IMG/VR virus record: IMGVR_UViG_3300042554_003148
From: an uncultured virus (IMG/VR IMGVR_UViG_3300042554_003148)
Lineage: Duplodnaviria > Heunggongvirae > Uroviricota > Caudoviricetes
Length of the DNA stretch: 20,000 nucleotides
Reading direction: 5' to 3' (one strand)
The position numbers and the translations under genes were made by a program. A model generated the notes under the pieces. The model worked only from the letters and a program-made list of their open reading frames with translations, searched no databases and was not told where the DNA came from. Shown piece by piece: positions 1 to 10,133 of the stretch; the stretch's first letter is position 1; the number at the start of each line of letters is the position of its first letter.

Positions 1-2321
1 AATACTAATTTAGAACTTACTCCATCGGTATATAGAGTTGTTGAACTATTATCTGATGTACTATTTCTAACAGTAAGCGAGCTTTTTTGAGAATCACCAG
101 TAATATTAAAATAGCCATTACTCAATCCTAAGTTTCCGTACGGATCGGTTGTGCCAATTCCTAATTTATTTCCACTAGATAAAAATATTAATCCGCTTTC
201 GGCATCTATTCCTGTGCTACTTCCATCACTAGTTAATAATCTATTATCAGAGTAATTATTTATTGATACTCCACCAGCCGATCCAGTATATGCTATATTG
301 ATTATATTACTACTATCATTATAACTAATATTAATTCCACTAATTCCAACTAGTAAATCATTTACTCTATCATCAACAGCCTCATCCCAGTTGGTAATAT
401 CGCTATTTGTATGAGTGTGACCACTTAAACTTACGCCAGTACCATTAACTTGTAAACTTTGAGTAAAATTACCGCTAGGAGCGCTAATACTTCCAGTAAA
501 AGTTGCTCCGCTAAGATTTGCTTTACCAGCTAAAGTATTTGTAATCGTTGTGCTAAAATTAGCATCGTTTCCTAGCGCTGCTGCTAACTCATTCAAAGTA
601 TCCAGGGTAGATGGCGCAGAATTTACAAGATTACTAATTTCTGTTCTTACAAATGAGGTACTAGCTATTTGATTAGTATTTGTACCACTAGTTGCTGTTG
701 GAACTAATGGAACTCCTGTAAAAGTTGGACTATTGTTAAATACTAATAATCCAGAACCAGTCTCATCGGATATTACTGAACTTAATTGAGACGATGTAGT
801 ATTTGCAAATTGATTTAATGTTCCTGTTAATGGAGCATATATACCATTAACCAAACCACTAACAGATGAGTTAAAATTAGTTATATCACTAGAACTATGA
901 GTATGACCACTAAGACTAACTCCAATATTATTAACGGCTAGATTTGTAAAATTTCCACTAGTAGAATTTATTAGCCCATTAGACGTAAGTCCATTAACGA
1001 AATTATGAATTGCATTAACTGTTCGATTATTATCCACATGTAAATATTGAGAGTGATCATCATCACCTAACCCGAACAAATTTCCGTGATCATTCTGAGT
1101 AACTCCAGCAATAGTGCTAATTACGGCTACTCGTATATCAAGAATACTAAGTAACGTACATTTAGGAACATTTGTATAATCGCTATCGCCAGCAAATATT
1201 AATCGATAAAGAGGTTTAACTTCGCTTAATGGAAGATTAGTAAGATTAACATCACCCCAAGAGTTATTGCTCTCAGCCGATCCTTGATTGCTATCAATTC
1301 TTTGACCCATAATACTAATAATAGGATCGTCTATTTGATTTGTAGCAAGAATCCATACTGCGAAGTATCTTGTTTGTCCACCGGGACTAACATCAGGGAT
1401 TGTCCAATTGCCACCAGTTAATAAGTTATATTGTGGTCCATTAGCGCCATATTTAACAGGATAGTCTGTTGCGGTATTCTTAACCCACTGACCAGTAGTT
1501 CCCTCGTGATAATAAACCGGAATTTGAGCAATCGGACTTAACTCTTGACAGAACGGATCAGTACTAGAACTATCAGTAATATTTATCACAATATCTTCTT
1601 GAAAAAGAGTACCATTACCAATTGATATGGTTGCATGACTATTACTAGACCCATTTCCACCTAAAACATAATTACCAATACTTAAACCGTCAACATATTG
1701 TGCGCCAAAAGTATAATGAATCCACTTGTGGGTGCTAGTGTCCATCACGATGCCGTGACGCTCTTCAGCAAAGAAAGTCATTTGTCCACTAGGATTAACT
1801 CCACTGTTCCAAGCTACATATGCGATAGGAATATCAGTAGAAAAATCAAAACCTGTAGTTTTATTTGATATTTGATTATTAATAGTATCAAAATGAATAT
1901 AATTAATTTGAGTAAGATTTGGTATAGTTAAACTATCGCCACTAGTTTTAACAACTTTGATACCTTTATTGTAATAACTATATGAACTTCCTGTGGGTTC
2001 TATTCTAAATATGTTTCCACTAACACTAATTCTACTATCAGTTCTATTTACAAATCCTTGAGGCTGTTGACTATCAACATGGACTAAGTTTGTAGAAGCA
2101 ATGGTATAAATACCACTATTATTAGTTATAGATATATCATATCCAGCCGCTATATTCTGATTGACTCCACTAAGCTGTGTCCAAACCGAAATACCATCAC
2201 CTATCTTAAAGATTTTATTAGTTAAATCATATCCTGGTTCACCGCTAGCTAATACTGGATTAGCACTACTCCATTCTGTACTGGAGCCTTTTCTGAATAG
2301 AATATAATCATTTACTGGCAT
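1..2321 (-). CDS. Fibre/structural protein with Mtd-like N-terminal domain; partial, runs off the left edge (>770 aa)
   Basis: Absent from the ORF track because no stop lies in the window. ATG at 2321 after GAGGA. Begins MPVNDYILFRKGSSTEWSSANPVLASGEPGYDLTNKIFKIGDGISVWTQL. Segments I translated in frame give DHGNLFGLGDDDHSQYLH, two VSLSGHTHxxSDITN repeats and LDTLNELAAALGNDANFSTTITN; the frame is still open at the left edge. Confidence 0.85.
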   Translation of the reverse strand, partial: MPVNDYILFRKGSSTEWSSANPVLASGEPGYDLTNKIFKIGDGISVWTQLSGVNQNIAAGYDISITNNSGIYTIASTNLVHVDSQQPQGFVNRTDSRISVSGNIFRIEPTGSSYSYYNKGIKVVKTSGDSLTIPNLTQINYIHFDTINNQISNKTTGFDFSTDIPIAYVAWNSGVNPSGQMTFFAEERHGIVMDTSTHKWIHYTFGAQYVDGLSIGNYVLGGNGSSNSHATISIGNGTLFQEDIVINITDSSSTDPFCQELSPIAQIPVYYHEGTTGQWVKNTATDYPVKYGANGPQYNLLTGGNWTIPDVSPGGQTRYFAVWILATNQIDDPIISIMGQRIDSNQGSAESNNSWGDVNLTNLPLSEVKPLYRLIFAGDSDYTNVPKCTLLSILDIRVAVISTIAGVTQNDHGNLFGLGDDDHSQYLHVDNNRTVNAIHNFVNGLTSNGLINSTSGNFTNLAVNNIGVSLSGHTHSSSDITNFNSSVSGLVNGIYAPLTGTLNQFANTTSSQLSSVISDETGSGLLVFNNSPTFTGVPLVPTATSGTNTNQIASTSFVRTEISNLVNSAPSTLDTLNELAAALGNDANFSTTITNTLAGKANLSGATFTGSISAPSGNFTQSLQVNGTGVSLSGHTHTNSDITNWDEAVDDRVNDLLVGISGINISYNDSSNIINIAYTGSAGGVSINNYSDNRLLTSDGSSTGIDAESGLIFLSSGNKLGIGTTDPYGNLGLSNGYFNITGDSQKSSLTVRNSTSDNSSTTLYTDGVSSKLV

Positions 2322-2353
2322 AAAATATCCTCAAAATCTACCAGTATTATAAA

Positions 2354-3985
2354 TTATGGAGAGCCACCATCAATTATAGCATAGTATATATAAGTTGGAT
2401 TAAGAGCACTAACACCACTAATTCTTGTTAAACCATCAATAACAGTACTAGTTTGTCCAAGATTTATTGTTGTACTACCTAAAGTTATACCACTACTAGC
2501 TAATTTAGTCACAGCAATAGCCGCACTAGCATTAATATCTTCATTTACTATTGTACCATTAACAATTTTAGCACTAGTAACAGTATTATCAGATAGTGTT
2601 GTACTAATACTTAGTGTTCCATTACCAAGATCTGTTAATGTTACACTACTACTTCCGGTAACATCTCCAGTTAATGTTCCAGTAATAATTGGGTCGGGTA
2701 ATCCTGTTAAGCTAGCAAAATTTCGATAATAACTACCATGCTGTCCATCTAATAAATCAGCATTTAGATTAGTAATCAAGCCCGTAGACGCTACTTGTAA
2801 ACTATTACTAATAAAATCGCCAGACGTATAAACATTGCCGCCAGTAAATTCCCATCTTGTATCGTTAATATCCCATACTATGCTACGAGCAATAGTGTTA
2901 TCATGATCATAAACTTGCAAACCGCCTTGAGTTTCAGCACCAGATACATTAACTTGAATTATATTATCTCCAATATCAACAGTGGTACTATTTACTGTTG
3001 TGGTTGTACCTTGAACAGTAAGATCTCCACCAACAATAACATTACCAGTTGTAGTTATACTACCAATTCCATTAATATTTTTATTACCATCTAATACAAC
3101 AGCTCGATTAGAGCTAGCGGTACCAGCAACAACACCAGAAAGATATGCTAATTCACCAGTAGTAACAATGCTACTAGCATCGGTTATATTGCTCCATACA
3201 TGAGTATGATTTAATAATGAATATCCACTAGTATGAATTGTTAAAGTATCTGTTCCACTATCATAATTTAGTACAACTCCAGTACCAGCAGCAAGAGTCG
3301 TATCTACTTGATCGCTTACTGCACTAGCAAAATCTGTAACTAAAGACGCTGGAATACCAGTAACACCTAGTGTTAGTGTATTACCAGCATCATTATAAGT
3401 CCAGGCTACTCCACTACCATTTCTTAAAAATCCGCTTGATCCAGCATTAGTTCCAACAGCATCTTGAGTGGCTTCACCAAAATCTGTTATATCAGAGCTA
3501 GAGTGGGTATGGTTGAGTAATGAATATCCACTAACATTAATGCTAACAAAATTACTAGCATCGTCATAATTTATAACTACCCCGGTGCCATTTCTTAAAA
3601 ATCCTGTAGTTAAATGGTCACCACTAGCAACAATATCTTGAACTTGTTCTTCACTAACAGAACCAGCGGTAACTCTAGCATCAACAGCAGCATTAAAATC
3701 ATTAATTTGTGAAGATAATATTCCGGTAACACTAACTGTTACGGGTGTTCCTGTTGTGGCAGAAAAGTTAATACCGATACCGCTAGTTCCTACAAGATCA
3801 CTACTATTAGGTAATATGCTAGCATAAGGTAGACTATTCCATGCTGTTAATCCATCTCCTATTTTATACTTTCTAAGTGATGTGTCTAAGCCCCATTCGC
3901 CAGCACTTAGTGTTGGATTAGCGCTGATCCATTCGCTTGTTGTTCCTCTACGAACTTGAAGTAATGTTTGAACTGCCATAGTCAT
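2354..3985 (-). CDS. Fibre/structural protein, Mtd-like N-terminus with internal repeats (543 aa)
   Basis: N-terminal RRGTTSEWISANPTLSAGEWGLDT..KIGDGLTAWNSL motif; repeated GxGVxxxYxD and GYSLLNHTH units; NLNADLLDGQHG fibre motif; S/T/G-rich; ends IDGGSP. Confidence 0.8.
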   Translation of the reverse strand: MTMAVQTLLQVRRGTTSEWISANPTLSAGEWGLDTSLRKYKIGDGLTAWNSLPYASILPNSSDLVGTSGIGINFSATTGTPVTVSVTGILSSQINDFNAAVDARVTAGSVSEEQVQDIVASGDHLTTGFLRNGTGVVINYDDASNFVSINVSGYSLLNHTHSSSDITDFGEATQDAVGTNAGSSGFLRNGSGVAWTYNDAGNTLTLGVTGIPASLVTDFASAVSDQVDTTLAAGTGVVLNYDSGTDTLTIHTSGYSLLNHTHVWSNITDASSIVTTGELAYLSGVVAGTASSNRAVVLDGNKNINGIGSITTTGNVIVGGDLTVQGTTTTVNSTTVDIGDNIIQVNVSGAETQGGLQVYDHDNTIARSIVWDINDTRWEFTGGNVYTSGDFISNSLQVASTGLITNLNADLLDGQHGSYYRNFASLTGLPDPIITGTLTGDVTGSSSVTLTDLGNGTLSISTTLSDNTVTSAKIVNGTIVNEDINASAAIAVTKLASSGITLGSTTINLGQTSTVIDGLTRISGVSALNPTYIYYAIIDGGSP

Positions 3986-4003
3986 TAACCCTTTATGTTA
4001 TAA

Positions 4004-4231
4004 TTATGGTGAGCCGCAATCTATTTCATAGCTATCTATAAAATTTGCTAAATAATTATCTAATCCAATAACATCACTAGCATAAACTATTGTTGCTGAA
4101 TATCCAGAAACTATTTCAACGCTTCTGTCGCTACTAGTTTCAATTTCTAAATTATTTAATATGTTCCCAACAGTGGTTTCAATTTCCACTATATTTTTAG
4201 TGTCAAAAATTTCTATAGTAAAATCGCTCAA
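4004..4231 (-). CDS. Small acidic putative virion protein (75 aa)
   Basis: TTG start overlaps the upstream stop; C-terminal IDCGSP resembles the IDGGSP end of the neighbouring fibre. Confidence 0.6.
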   Translation of the reverse strand: MSDFTIEIFDTKNIVEIETTVGNILNNLEIETSSDRSVEIVSGYSATIVYASDVIGLDNYLANFIDSYEIDCGSP

Positions 4232-4632
4232 GTGTCACACTCCAATAACGAAGATGATTGACTAAATCGTTTAACAATATTAATTGTGCCATATATTAAT
4301 CGTATAATGTATTTACCGCCGCCAATGTATAAGTTATCATCACTTTGTAATTCCAAATCATATTTTGCAGCATTAAACGTAAAACTATTGGTGGTGCTAG
4401 CCGGTATCATAAGAGTTATTTTACCAATTAACGGCTCTATACTAAATTTATATACACTATAATCTATATTCTCTGTGCTAAAAGTTTGAGTAAGATTAGT
4501 GTTAGTTTTCCATGTTAATCTAGCACACCAATTTGTAAGATCAATAGGGTTCCCATTATCGTCTTTATAAACCAAACTTAATTTAAAAGAGGAGCCTTGT
4601 TCTATACTAAAATCGTATTTGGATGCTGCCAT
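4228..4632 (-). CDS. BppU-N-like beta-sandwich structural/adaptor protein (134 aa)
   Basis: Pattern IEQGSSF..L.YKD.NG.PIDLT...A....K ... YDLEL ... RLI.G.I is typical of phage fibre-attachment beta-sandwich proteins; GAGGTG RBS. Confidence 0.65.
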   Translation of the reverse strand: MAASKYDFSIEQGSSFKLSLVYKDDNGNPIDLTNWCARLTWKTNTNLTQTFSTENIDYSVYKFSIEPLIGKITLMIPASTTNSFTFNAAKYDLELQSDDNLYIGGGKYIIRLIYGTINIVKRFSQSSSLLECDT

Positions 4633-4677
4633 AACATATCACCTCTGTTTATTATAGTTATACACCTTAATCATGAT

Positions 4678-4710
4678 AAGAAAAAAGCCGCCCAAAATTG
4701 AGCGGCTCTT
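4678..4710 (-). terminator. Rho-independent terminator after the major capsid gene
   Basis: Minus strand GAGCCGCTCAA-TT-TTGGGCGGCTT continuing into a U-tract, about 30 nt after the capsid stop. Confidence 0.85.
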
Positions 4711-4739
4711 CTCTGTGATAAAACTATTAAGATAATATA

Positions 4740-5750
4740 TTATAGAGAACCAAGAAGTACTCTACGATTATCTAGAACAGCAAAGCCTAGTTCGGCCCAG
4801 CCGTAGAAACCAGCTCGTTTCTGACGATGAAGTGTTTCATCTTCAAAAATTTGAACTTCTTGACGAATTGGCATAACAAAACTATCGTTCTTGCGAAGAT
4901 CAAGACCAACAACAATTTCTGTATCGCTTCCTGGCATTGTGCCACCAAGAGTTGATGTATAGAATAGTTGATATTGTTGACCAACACCAAGTTCGTCACG
5001 ATCATGAAGATTAACGCCGAAAACTCTGTTAAGAGCGCCGTCAGCAGCGGTATAGATTTCGCGACGAGTAATTTCGTCAACTTGATCAACACCCCAGTTA
5101 CGGATGTCTTCCATAGCTTCTGGAGAAACGTAAAGGTCTGTTAACATACCTCTGTTATTAGAAGCAGAGTTACCTCCGCCATTACGTCTCATAACAGTTT
5201 TCATTAAACTAACAAGACGCTTGGTAAACTGGCTAGCATTAGCATCGCTGTCATAAACAACAATGTTACGATCAACACCAGCGGCCAATAGTGTGTGCCA
5301 GCCATCATCATTCATCTTCTTAACGAACGAGGCTTCTAGCACTTCCATAGCACGACCAACAACGTCCCAACGAGCATCACGAGCATACTTTAAGAGATAA
5401 TCGATGCTGGCACCAACATCATATGTTGGAACCATAACATAATCACCCTCAACATGACGCTCTGGAATATAACCGTGGTTAGGAATTGTGTAGGCCACAA
5501 AGTCCTTCTCGGTACCAGGAGCTAAGAAATCAAGAGGAAACTCTGGTGTGGCACTTTGATCAAGACGAATTGGTTCAAAGATACCATCAAGAACATCACC
5601 ATTAAGAACGCCCTGACGAAGAGGTAGTTCTAGGGCTTTTGCAAATTCGGCATTAGCTGCTAAAGCAACCTCTCTTTGAGCTGAACCAGAACGCTTTAGT
5701 AGATCACTAAGTTCTGGAGTTGGTTGAAATTTTTCAGTTTTAGCTGACAT
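4740..5750 (-). CDS. Major capsid protein (probable HK97 fold, 336 aa)
   Basis: Size and position after protease and decoration genes, GGAG RBS, following terminator, and a C-terminal GFYGWAELGFAVLD pattern typical of capsid P-domain ends. Confidence 0.85.
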   Translation of the reverse strand: MSAKTEKFQPTPELSDLLKRSGSAQREVALAANAEFAKALELPLRQGVLNGDVLDGIFEPIRLDQSATPEFPLDFLAPGTEKDFVAYTIPNHGYIPERHVEGDYVMVPTYDVGASIDYLLKYARDARWDVVGRAMEVLEASFVKKMNDDGWHTLLAAGVDRNIVVYDSDANASQFTKRLVSLMKTVMRRNGGGNSASNNRGMLTDLYVSPEAMEDIRNWGVDQVDEITRREIYTAADGALNRVFGVNLHDRDELGVGQQYQLFYTSTLGGTMPGSDTEIVVGLDLRKNDSFVMPIRQEVQIFEDETLHRQKRAGFYGWAELGFAVLDNRRVLLGSL

Positions 5751-5773
5751 ATTTATTTCTCCGTGTATGAAAA

Positions 5774-6232
5774 TTATAGGTTTACTGATACTTTAGCATA
5801 GCCGTCAGTGTCTTTGCCGCTTAAGAACTGACCAACTTTAACAGCATTAGAACTACTTGTGCCAATCAAGCCACTAGCACCAACATAAGCATCTGTTCCA
5901 GCGGATGGAGTGATGCTGGCAACTAACATATTTGTTGTAACTTGGCCGTTACGTAATAGTGTTACTTTGCCACCGACCTGAACCTCATCTTTGTGCCAAT
6001 TAATGTGTTGGCGAGTAAGATCAAGATTCACAACATCATTAAGTAGAACGCCTACTGGCTTCGCACCAGATGCTACAGCGGCGTAAGCAACAACAGCATT
6101 GGCATCGTCCATAGACACGCCAACACCAGTTGTTGAAGTTACAGCGCTAACAACACCACCGCGCTCTGCTATAGTAGTCATGAAAAAAGAGATATCTGTT
6201 AATAGTTCGATACGATCAGGTTTTAGAGCCAT
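5774..6232 (-). CDS. Head decoration/cement protein (152 aa)
   Basis: Lies between scaffold and capsid genes; KPVGVLLNDV, GGKVTLLRNGQVTT and AYVGASG beta-rich pattern; GGAG RBS. Confidence 0.65.
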   Translation of the reverse strand: MALKPDRIELLTDISFFMTTIAERGGVVSAVTSTTGVGVSMDDANAVVAYAAVASGAKPVGVLLNDVVNLDLTRQHINWHKDEVQVGGKVTLLRNGQVTTNMLVASITPSAGTDAYVGASGLIGTSSSNAVKVGQFLSGKDTDGYAKVSVNL

Positions 6233-6257
6233 TGTATGTTCTCCGTATAAAGATTAC

Positions 6258-7019
6258 TTAGTTTTTTTTGCCTAATTTACTGTAAACAAACTCAACAAGA
6301 GCTGCACGAGTGGTATTTTCTTCTTCTTCAGAAGAATCAGAGCCAACTGTTAATTCAATATTTGTTTCTGTTTCAACATTTTCTAGATCAGAAGCACTTA
6401 CTTTGGGTTCAACAATCTCTTCTGCTTCTGCAACTTCTTCTGCTTTCATTTTCATTTTCATAGCATCTTCTTTTTTCATTTTCATAGCAGCAAAAAGAGT
6501 TGCCATAGCGTCAAATGCTTCGTCTTCGATATTCTCATATTTTTCAACAAAAGCCAAAGCAGCATCTTCTTCGACGCCATTATCTACAAGGGCAGCTTTT
6601 CTTTTGGTCATTTTTTCTTTCTTGACCATTTCTGCTTCTTTTGTTTTATAAGCAGCGACTGTTTCGTTGGCGCTATCAAGTTCTGCTTTCATTTTCTTCA
6701 TTTCTTCTTCTTTTTTCTTCATCTCTTCATTTTTCATTGCAATAGCTTCTGAAAGTTCTGAGATTTGTGCTTCTAATGAAGTTTTGAGTGCTAAAAGCTC
6801 TTCTGAAGCAGAAGCTTTGACTTCTTCGATTTCTTTTTTCATAGCAGTTTCTCTTTCTGTGAATTCGTTAGTTTGGGTTTGTAATTGAGATTCTAGTGCA
6901 ATATTTTTTTCGGTTAATGAATTAACAGATGCGTTAGCTTCAGCTACAGCCTCTTGACAAGAAGTTTCCATAGCCACCAATTTGTTTTTGATTTCAGTTA
7001 CATCTTGTTCTACACTCAT
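6258..7019 (-). CDS. Possible nested in-frame scaffolding protein (253 aa) from an internal start
   Basis: In-frame ATG (MSVEQDV) at 7019 with GGAGA 8 nt upstream and a GGTGTAA motif at 7058-7064, at the boundary of the protease and coiled-coil halves. Confidence 0.5.
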   Translation of the reverse strand: MSVEQDVTEIKNKLVAMETSCQEAVAEANASVNSLTEKNIALESQLQTQTNEFTERETAMKKEIEEVKASASEELLALKTSLEAQISELSEAIAMKNEEMKKKEEEMKKMKAELDSANETVAAYKTKEAEMVKKEKMTKRKAALVDNGVEEDAALAFVEKYENIEDEAFDAMATLFAAMKMKKEDAMKMKMKAEEVAEAEEIVEPKVSASDLENVETETNIELTVGSDSSEEEENTTRAALVEFVYSKLGKKN

Positions 7020-7850
7020 TGTATTATTCTCCATTTGATTATTCAATCGAATACTTATTACACCTAAATTTTCATTTTCGTTATTTTTTTCTTGAGGATT
7101 ATCAATTTTTTTATTTTCTTCAAAAAGATTCTTATTAAAAACTATACTATCTTCATTTGCAGGTTTGTCAACAAATCCTTTACCAGTAAAGGTAATATTT
7201 CTTAAAACTCTACCAATTTTATAATCATTATTTTCTCCTTTACCGCCGTATGCTCTAAGATATTTTGTTAAATAAGCTGTTTCATCACTTCTACTCAGCA
7301 CTTTATATTCATTGGTTTGTTTATTAATTACTCCATAATCAAAACCTTTAAAAAAGCATTCCATACTAACAAACTTAGTACCATTTTGAATTTCACTAAT
7401 TAATTTTTCTGATCTTTCTCTAAGTTCGGAAGTGCTAAATCCTTTATATATAACAGAACCTGTGAGAATATGGAATTTGTTTGGTAGATTTTCTACGGGA
7501 GTTTCTGGATCTATTAATAGCCCATCCTCGGTAATAGGCCAATTTGATATTATATGACCAACAATTAAACTTTCGTTATGTTCTAGATTTGTGGGTTTAT
7601 GTTCTGGAGTGTGTTTAGCATTCCATACCTCGTACTTATCAAATACATCATCATTTTTATTCCATGATGAGGTTACTAGAATAGATTGAACATAAAATAG
7701 ATCACTATCGTCATAAGATGCTAAACTTTTAAATGATTTAGATGATAATCTGAGAGAGCATGGCTCTGCAACACTAGCATAAGCAATAGAAGACGAGGCT
7801 AATATTTTTGATGTTAAGCCATCTTCTTGTTCGTGTGGATATATTATCAT
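6258..7850 (-). CDS. Prohead protease fused to a coiled-coil scaffold (530 aa)
   Basis: N-half WNKNDDVF, PTNLEH, VSMEC and FTGKGFVDKPAN motifs resemble prohead proteases; C-half is E/K/A/M-rich coiled coil; directly follows the portal. Confidence 0.75.
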   Translation of the reverse strand: MIIYPHEQEDGLTSKILASSSIAYASVAEPCSLRLSSKSFKSLASYDDSDLFYVQSILVTSSWNKNDDVFDKYEVWNAKHTPEHKPTNLEHNESLIVGHIISNWPITEDGLLIDPETPVENLPNKFHILTGSVIYKGFSTSELRERSEKLISEIQNGTKFVSMECFFKGFDYGVINKQTNEYKVLSRSDETAYLTKYLRAYGGKGENNDYKIGRVLRNITFTGKGFVDKPANEDSIVFNKNLFEENKKIDNPQEKNNENENLGVISIRLNNQMENNTMSVEQDVTEIKNKLVAMETSCQEAVAEANASVNSLTEKNIALESQLQTQTNEFTERETAMKKEIEEVKASASEELLALKTSLEAQISELSEAIAMKNEEMKKKEEEMKKMKAELDSANETVAAYKTKEAEMVKKEKMTKRKAALVDNGVEEDAALAFVEKYENIEDEAFDAMATLFAAMKMKKEDAMKMKMKAEEVAEAEEIVEPKVSASDLENVETETNIELTVGSDSSEEEENTTRAALVEFVYSKLGKKN

Positions 7851-7877
7851 TATAAACCTTTCAAAAAGATTTGATTA

Positions 7878-10079
7878 TTATTTTGTACTATACACCATTG
7901 TATAAAAAGATGATTTAGCTTGTTTAATTTCATCAACTGTTAATTCTCTAGAGAGTTCTAATTTAACCAAATTTAACCAATTATAAAAAGTTTTAGTATC
8001 ATTACTAGTTGATGCTGATAAATATTCTGTTATATTTTCTTCATTTAGTTTAGCAAAAGGTTTGGTCTGAAAAAGAATATTTGTTTTAATTTTTTCTAAT
8101 TCTTCATTTTCAGCATTGGATAAACTCCTTAAATTTTTCTTATCAAAATATTCTAAAATTAATGGATTGATTATAGAACTAATTTTGTCTTGTGCAGAAG
8201 ATGACCATATTAAGAGTTTGGCGCCAGTTTGGGGCGAAAATGTTCTGTCCTTTCTTTTTTCGGTATCTTTGGATAATTTGGGTCTGCCTTCGCCTGCTTC
8301 TTTCGGCAACGATTCCGAGGACGGATCGTTAGCCACCTTGGGTGCCCCAAAAGGAGATTTTACTTGTTCTGCTTTTTGTTCTAATGCTGTTTTTTCGCTT
8401 GGTTTTTTCTTTGGTAAATCTAATCCTACTTGACTTGGTGTTACAATTCCTAATTGTAAAGATATTTTCTTAAGAGCATTTTCAAATTGAGGATCGTGCC
8501 ACGGACCAGCTTTTTGTACCATTCTTTCGGAATCTCTTTCTTTTCTTTCTCTATTAAGTCTTGATTTTTCCATATCTGGATCAAAGCCAAATTTGGTCTG
8601 TAATAACTCATCACTAATAAGACTTCTATCTGCTAATTGTATTAGTAGTGCCTTCTCTGCGTCTTCATTACTTAGGTCCATTCTATCAAATTCTATTTTA
8701 GCTGGATATCTAAAACCCATAGCTTTTTGCACAATTTCTATTTCACCTTCCCAAAATTTAACCAACATATCTCTACCATATTGTAGTCTTTGTGTTAAGG
8801 TTTTTAGACTAATAAAATTATTAGTAGTTCCTGCTGCTCCGAATGTGCCAGTAAGTGTTGGAGGAATTCCCAAACCAGCATAGATAGCATTTAAATGAGG
8901 AGTATATTTACCTTCTCCAAGAAAATTATGAACATTAGTATTACTTTCTAACAATTCAATATCTGGGCCCCATACCAAATCCATTGTACCGCCACCAACA
9001 TTGTTTCCTAAAATTTGTGCTAGTTTGGCTGTTGCTGCTTTTGTTGGAGCAATTTTATGTTCTAAATTACCTAATTTGAAAATTCTAATATTACTTATAG
9101 CTCCATCTAGAGCCGCCATGTCTGCTAATTTTAGTTTTTCGATAACAGTAATATCGTCCATAATAGCATATATCATAGGATATGCCCATGCTTGCCAATC
9201 ATCTTTTTTATAATGAAAAACTAGTGTCTTTTCCGGATCTAATGGATATGGTCTTTTAGTTTTAGCTGCTAATACTATTGCTTCTGGAAGAAGAGATACT
9301 ATCTGTTTTTCTGCTTCTGTTTTTGGACTATTAATATTTTTTCTAAAAGTAGCCGGTAAAATTAATTCATATCTTTTTTCACTAACAAATGATGATAAGG
9401 ATCCGGCTGCGCTTTCAACATAAACTGGATCTATAAAAGTATATCTCCAAGGAATTTCTTTTTTTTCTATCTTAAATTGATCCATCTGTTTAACATTGAG
9501 ATCAGGAGATCCAATAGTTTTGTATAGATTATCAGTAACTTTTAATGATATTTTGGCTGTTTGTTTATGAATAACAATATTGCCTGTTTTATATAGATTA
9601 TTTAAAAATCTTTCGCTACGATCTTTACCATTAATTTTTTTGAACCACTGTCTATAAAATCTTTCTATTCTTTTATTTTTATGAACTAATTTAATACCAT
9701 GTACAGCAAAATCACCCATAAGATCGATAACATTTTTTACCAAACCAACACGATGATAAATATCTTCTGCTCTTCGGATAACTAGTTTAATCTTTTTAGG
9801 AACAGCTTCGTCTGGTCTAAAAGCATAGTAGTCATTACGAGTTAATCCAGGACGACCACCAGTATCACCGTCTAGATTAGAAAAATCTATACTATACCTT
9901 CTACCGCCGCCAAAAGCTGCTGTAGAATTTTGAATTCCTGTAAATTCATCTAGAGATTCGGATGATCTTTTAAGAGCATCTTGTTTACTAGATAAATCCT
10001 CTCCCCATGTGACATAAGCATCCTCTCCTATAGATGATGCGTTTTTAATAACGTCTTCTTTGTTTGGTTTTCTGGGCAT
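7878..10079 (-). CDS. Portal protein (733 aa)
   Basis: Directly after terminase; IY.RVGLVKNVIDLMGDF, helical core, AGLGIP..L.G clip-like segment and a charged low-complexity C-terminal extension. Confidence 0.8.
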   Translation of the reverse strand: MPRKPNKEDVIKNASSIGEDAYVTWGEDLSSKQDALKRSSESLDEFTGIQNSTAAFGGGRRYSIDFSNLDGDTGGRPGLTRNDYYAFRPDEAVPKKIKLVIRRAEDIYHRVGLVKNVIDLMGDFAVHGIKLVHKNKRIERFYRQWFKKINGKDRSERFLNNLYKTGNIVIHKQTAKISLKVTDNLYKTIGSPDLNVKQMDQFKIEKKEIPWRYTFIDPVYVESAAGSLSSFVSEKRYELILPATFRKNINSPKTEAEKQIVSLLPEAIVLAAKTKRPYPLDPEKTLVFHYKKDDWQAWAYPMIYAIMDDITVIEKLKLADMAALDGAISNIRIFKLGNLEHKIAPTKAATAKLAQILGNNVGGGTMDLVWGPDIELLESNTNVHNFLGEGKYTPHLNAIYAGLGIPPTLTGTFGAAGTTNNFISLKTLTQRLQYGRDMLVKFWEGEIEIVQKAMGFRYPAKIEFDRMDLSNEDAEKALLIQLADRSLISDELLQTKFGFDPDMEKSRLNRERKERDSERMVQKAGPWHDPQFENALKKISLQLGIVTPSQVGLDLPKKKPSEKTALEQKAEQVKSPFGAPKVANDPSSESLPKEAGEGRPKLSKDTEKRKDRTFSPQTGAKLLIWSSSAQDKISSIINPLILEYFDKKNLRSLSNAENEELEKIKTNILFQTKPFAKLNEENITEYLSASTSNDTKTFYNWLNLVKLELSRELTVDEIKQAKSSFYTMVYSTK

Positions 10080-10133
10080 ATATTTATTTCTAATGTAATA
10101 GTAATGCTATTTGATTACTTTAATAATACACTT

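Noticed and set aside
1..3985. Diversity-generating retroelement suggested by the Mtd-like domains
   Set aside because: Only the N-terminal anchor resembles Mtd; no reverse transcriptase or template/variable repeat pair is seen in the window.
6440..6740. TTCATT/TTC short repeats
   Set aside because: Explained by low-complexity M/K/E coiled-coil coding in the scaffold.
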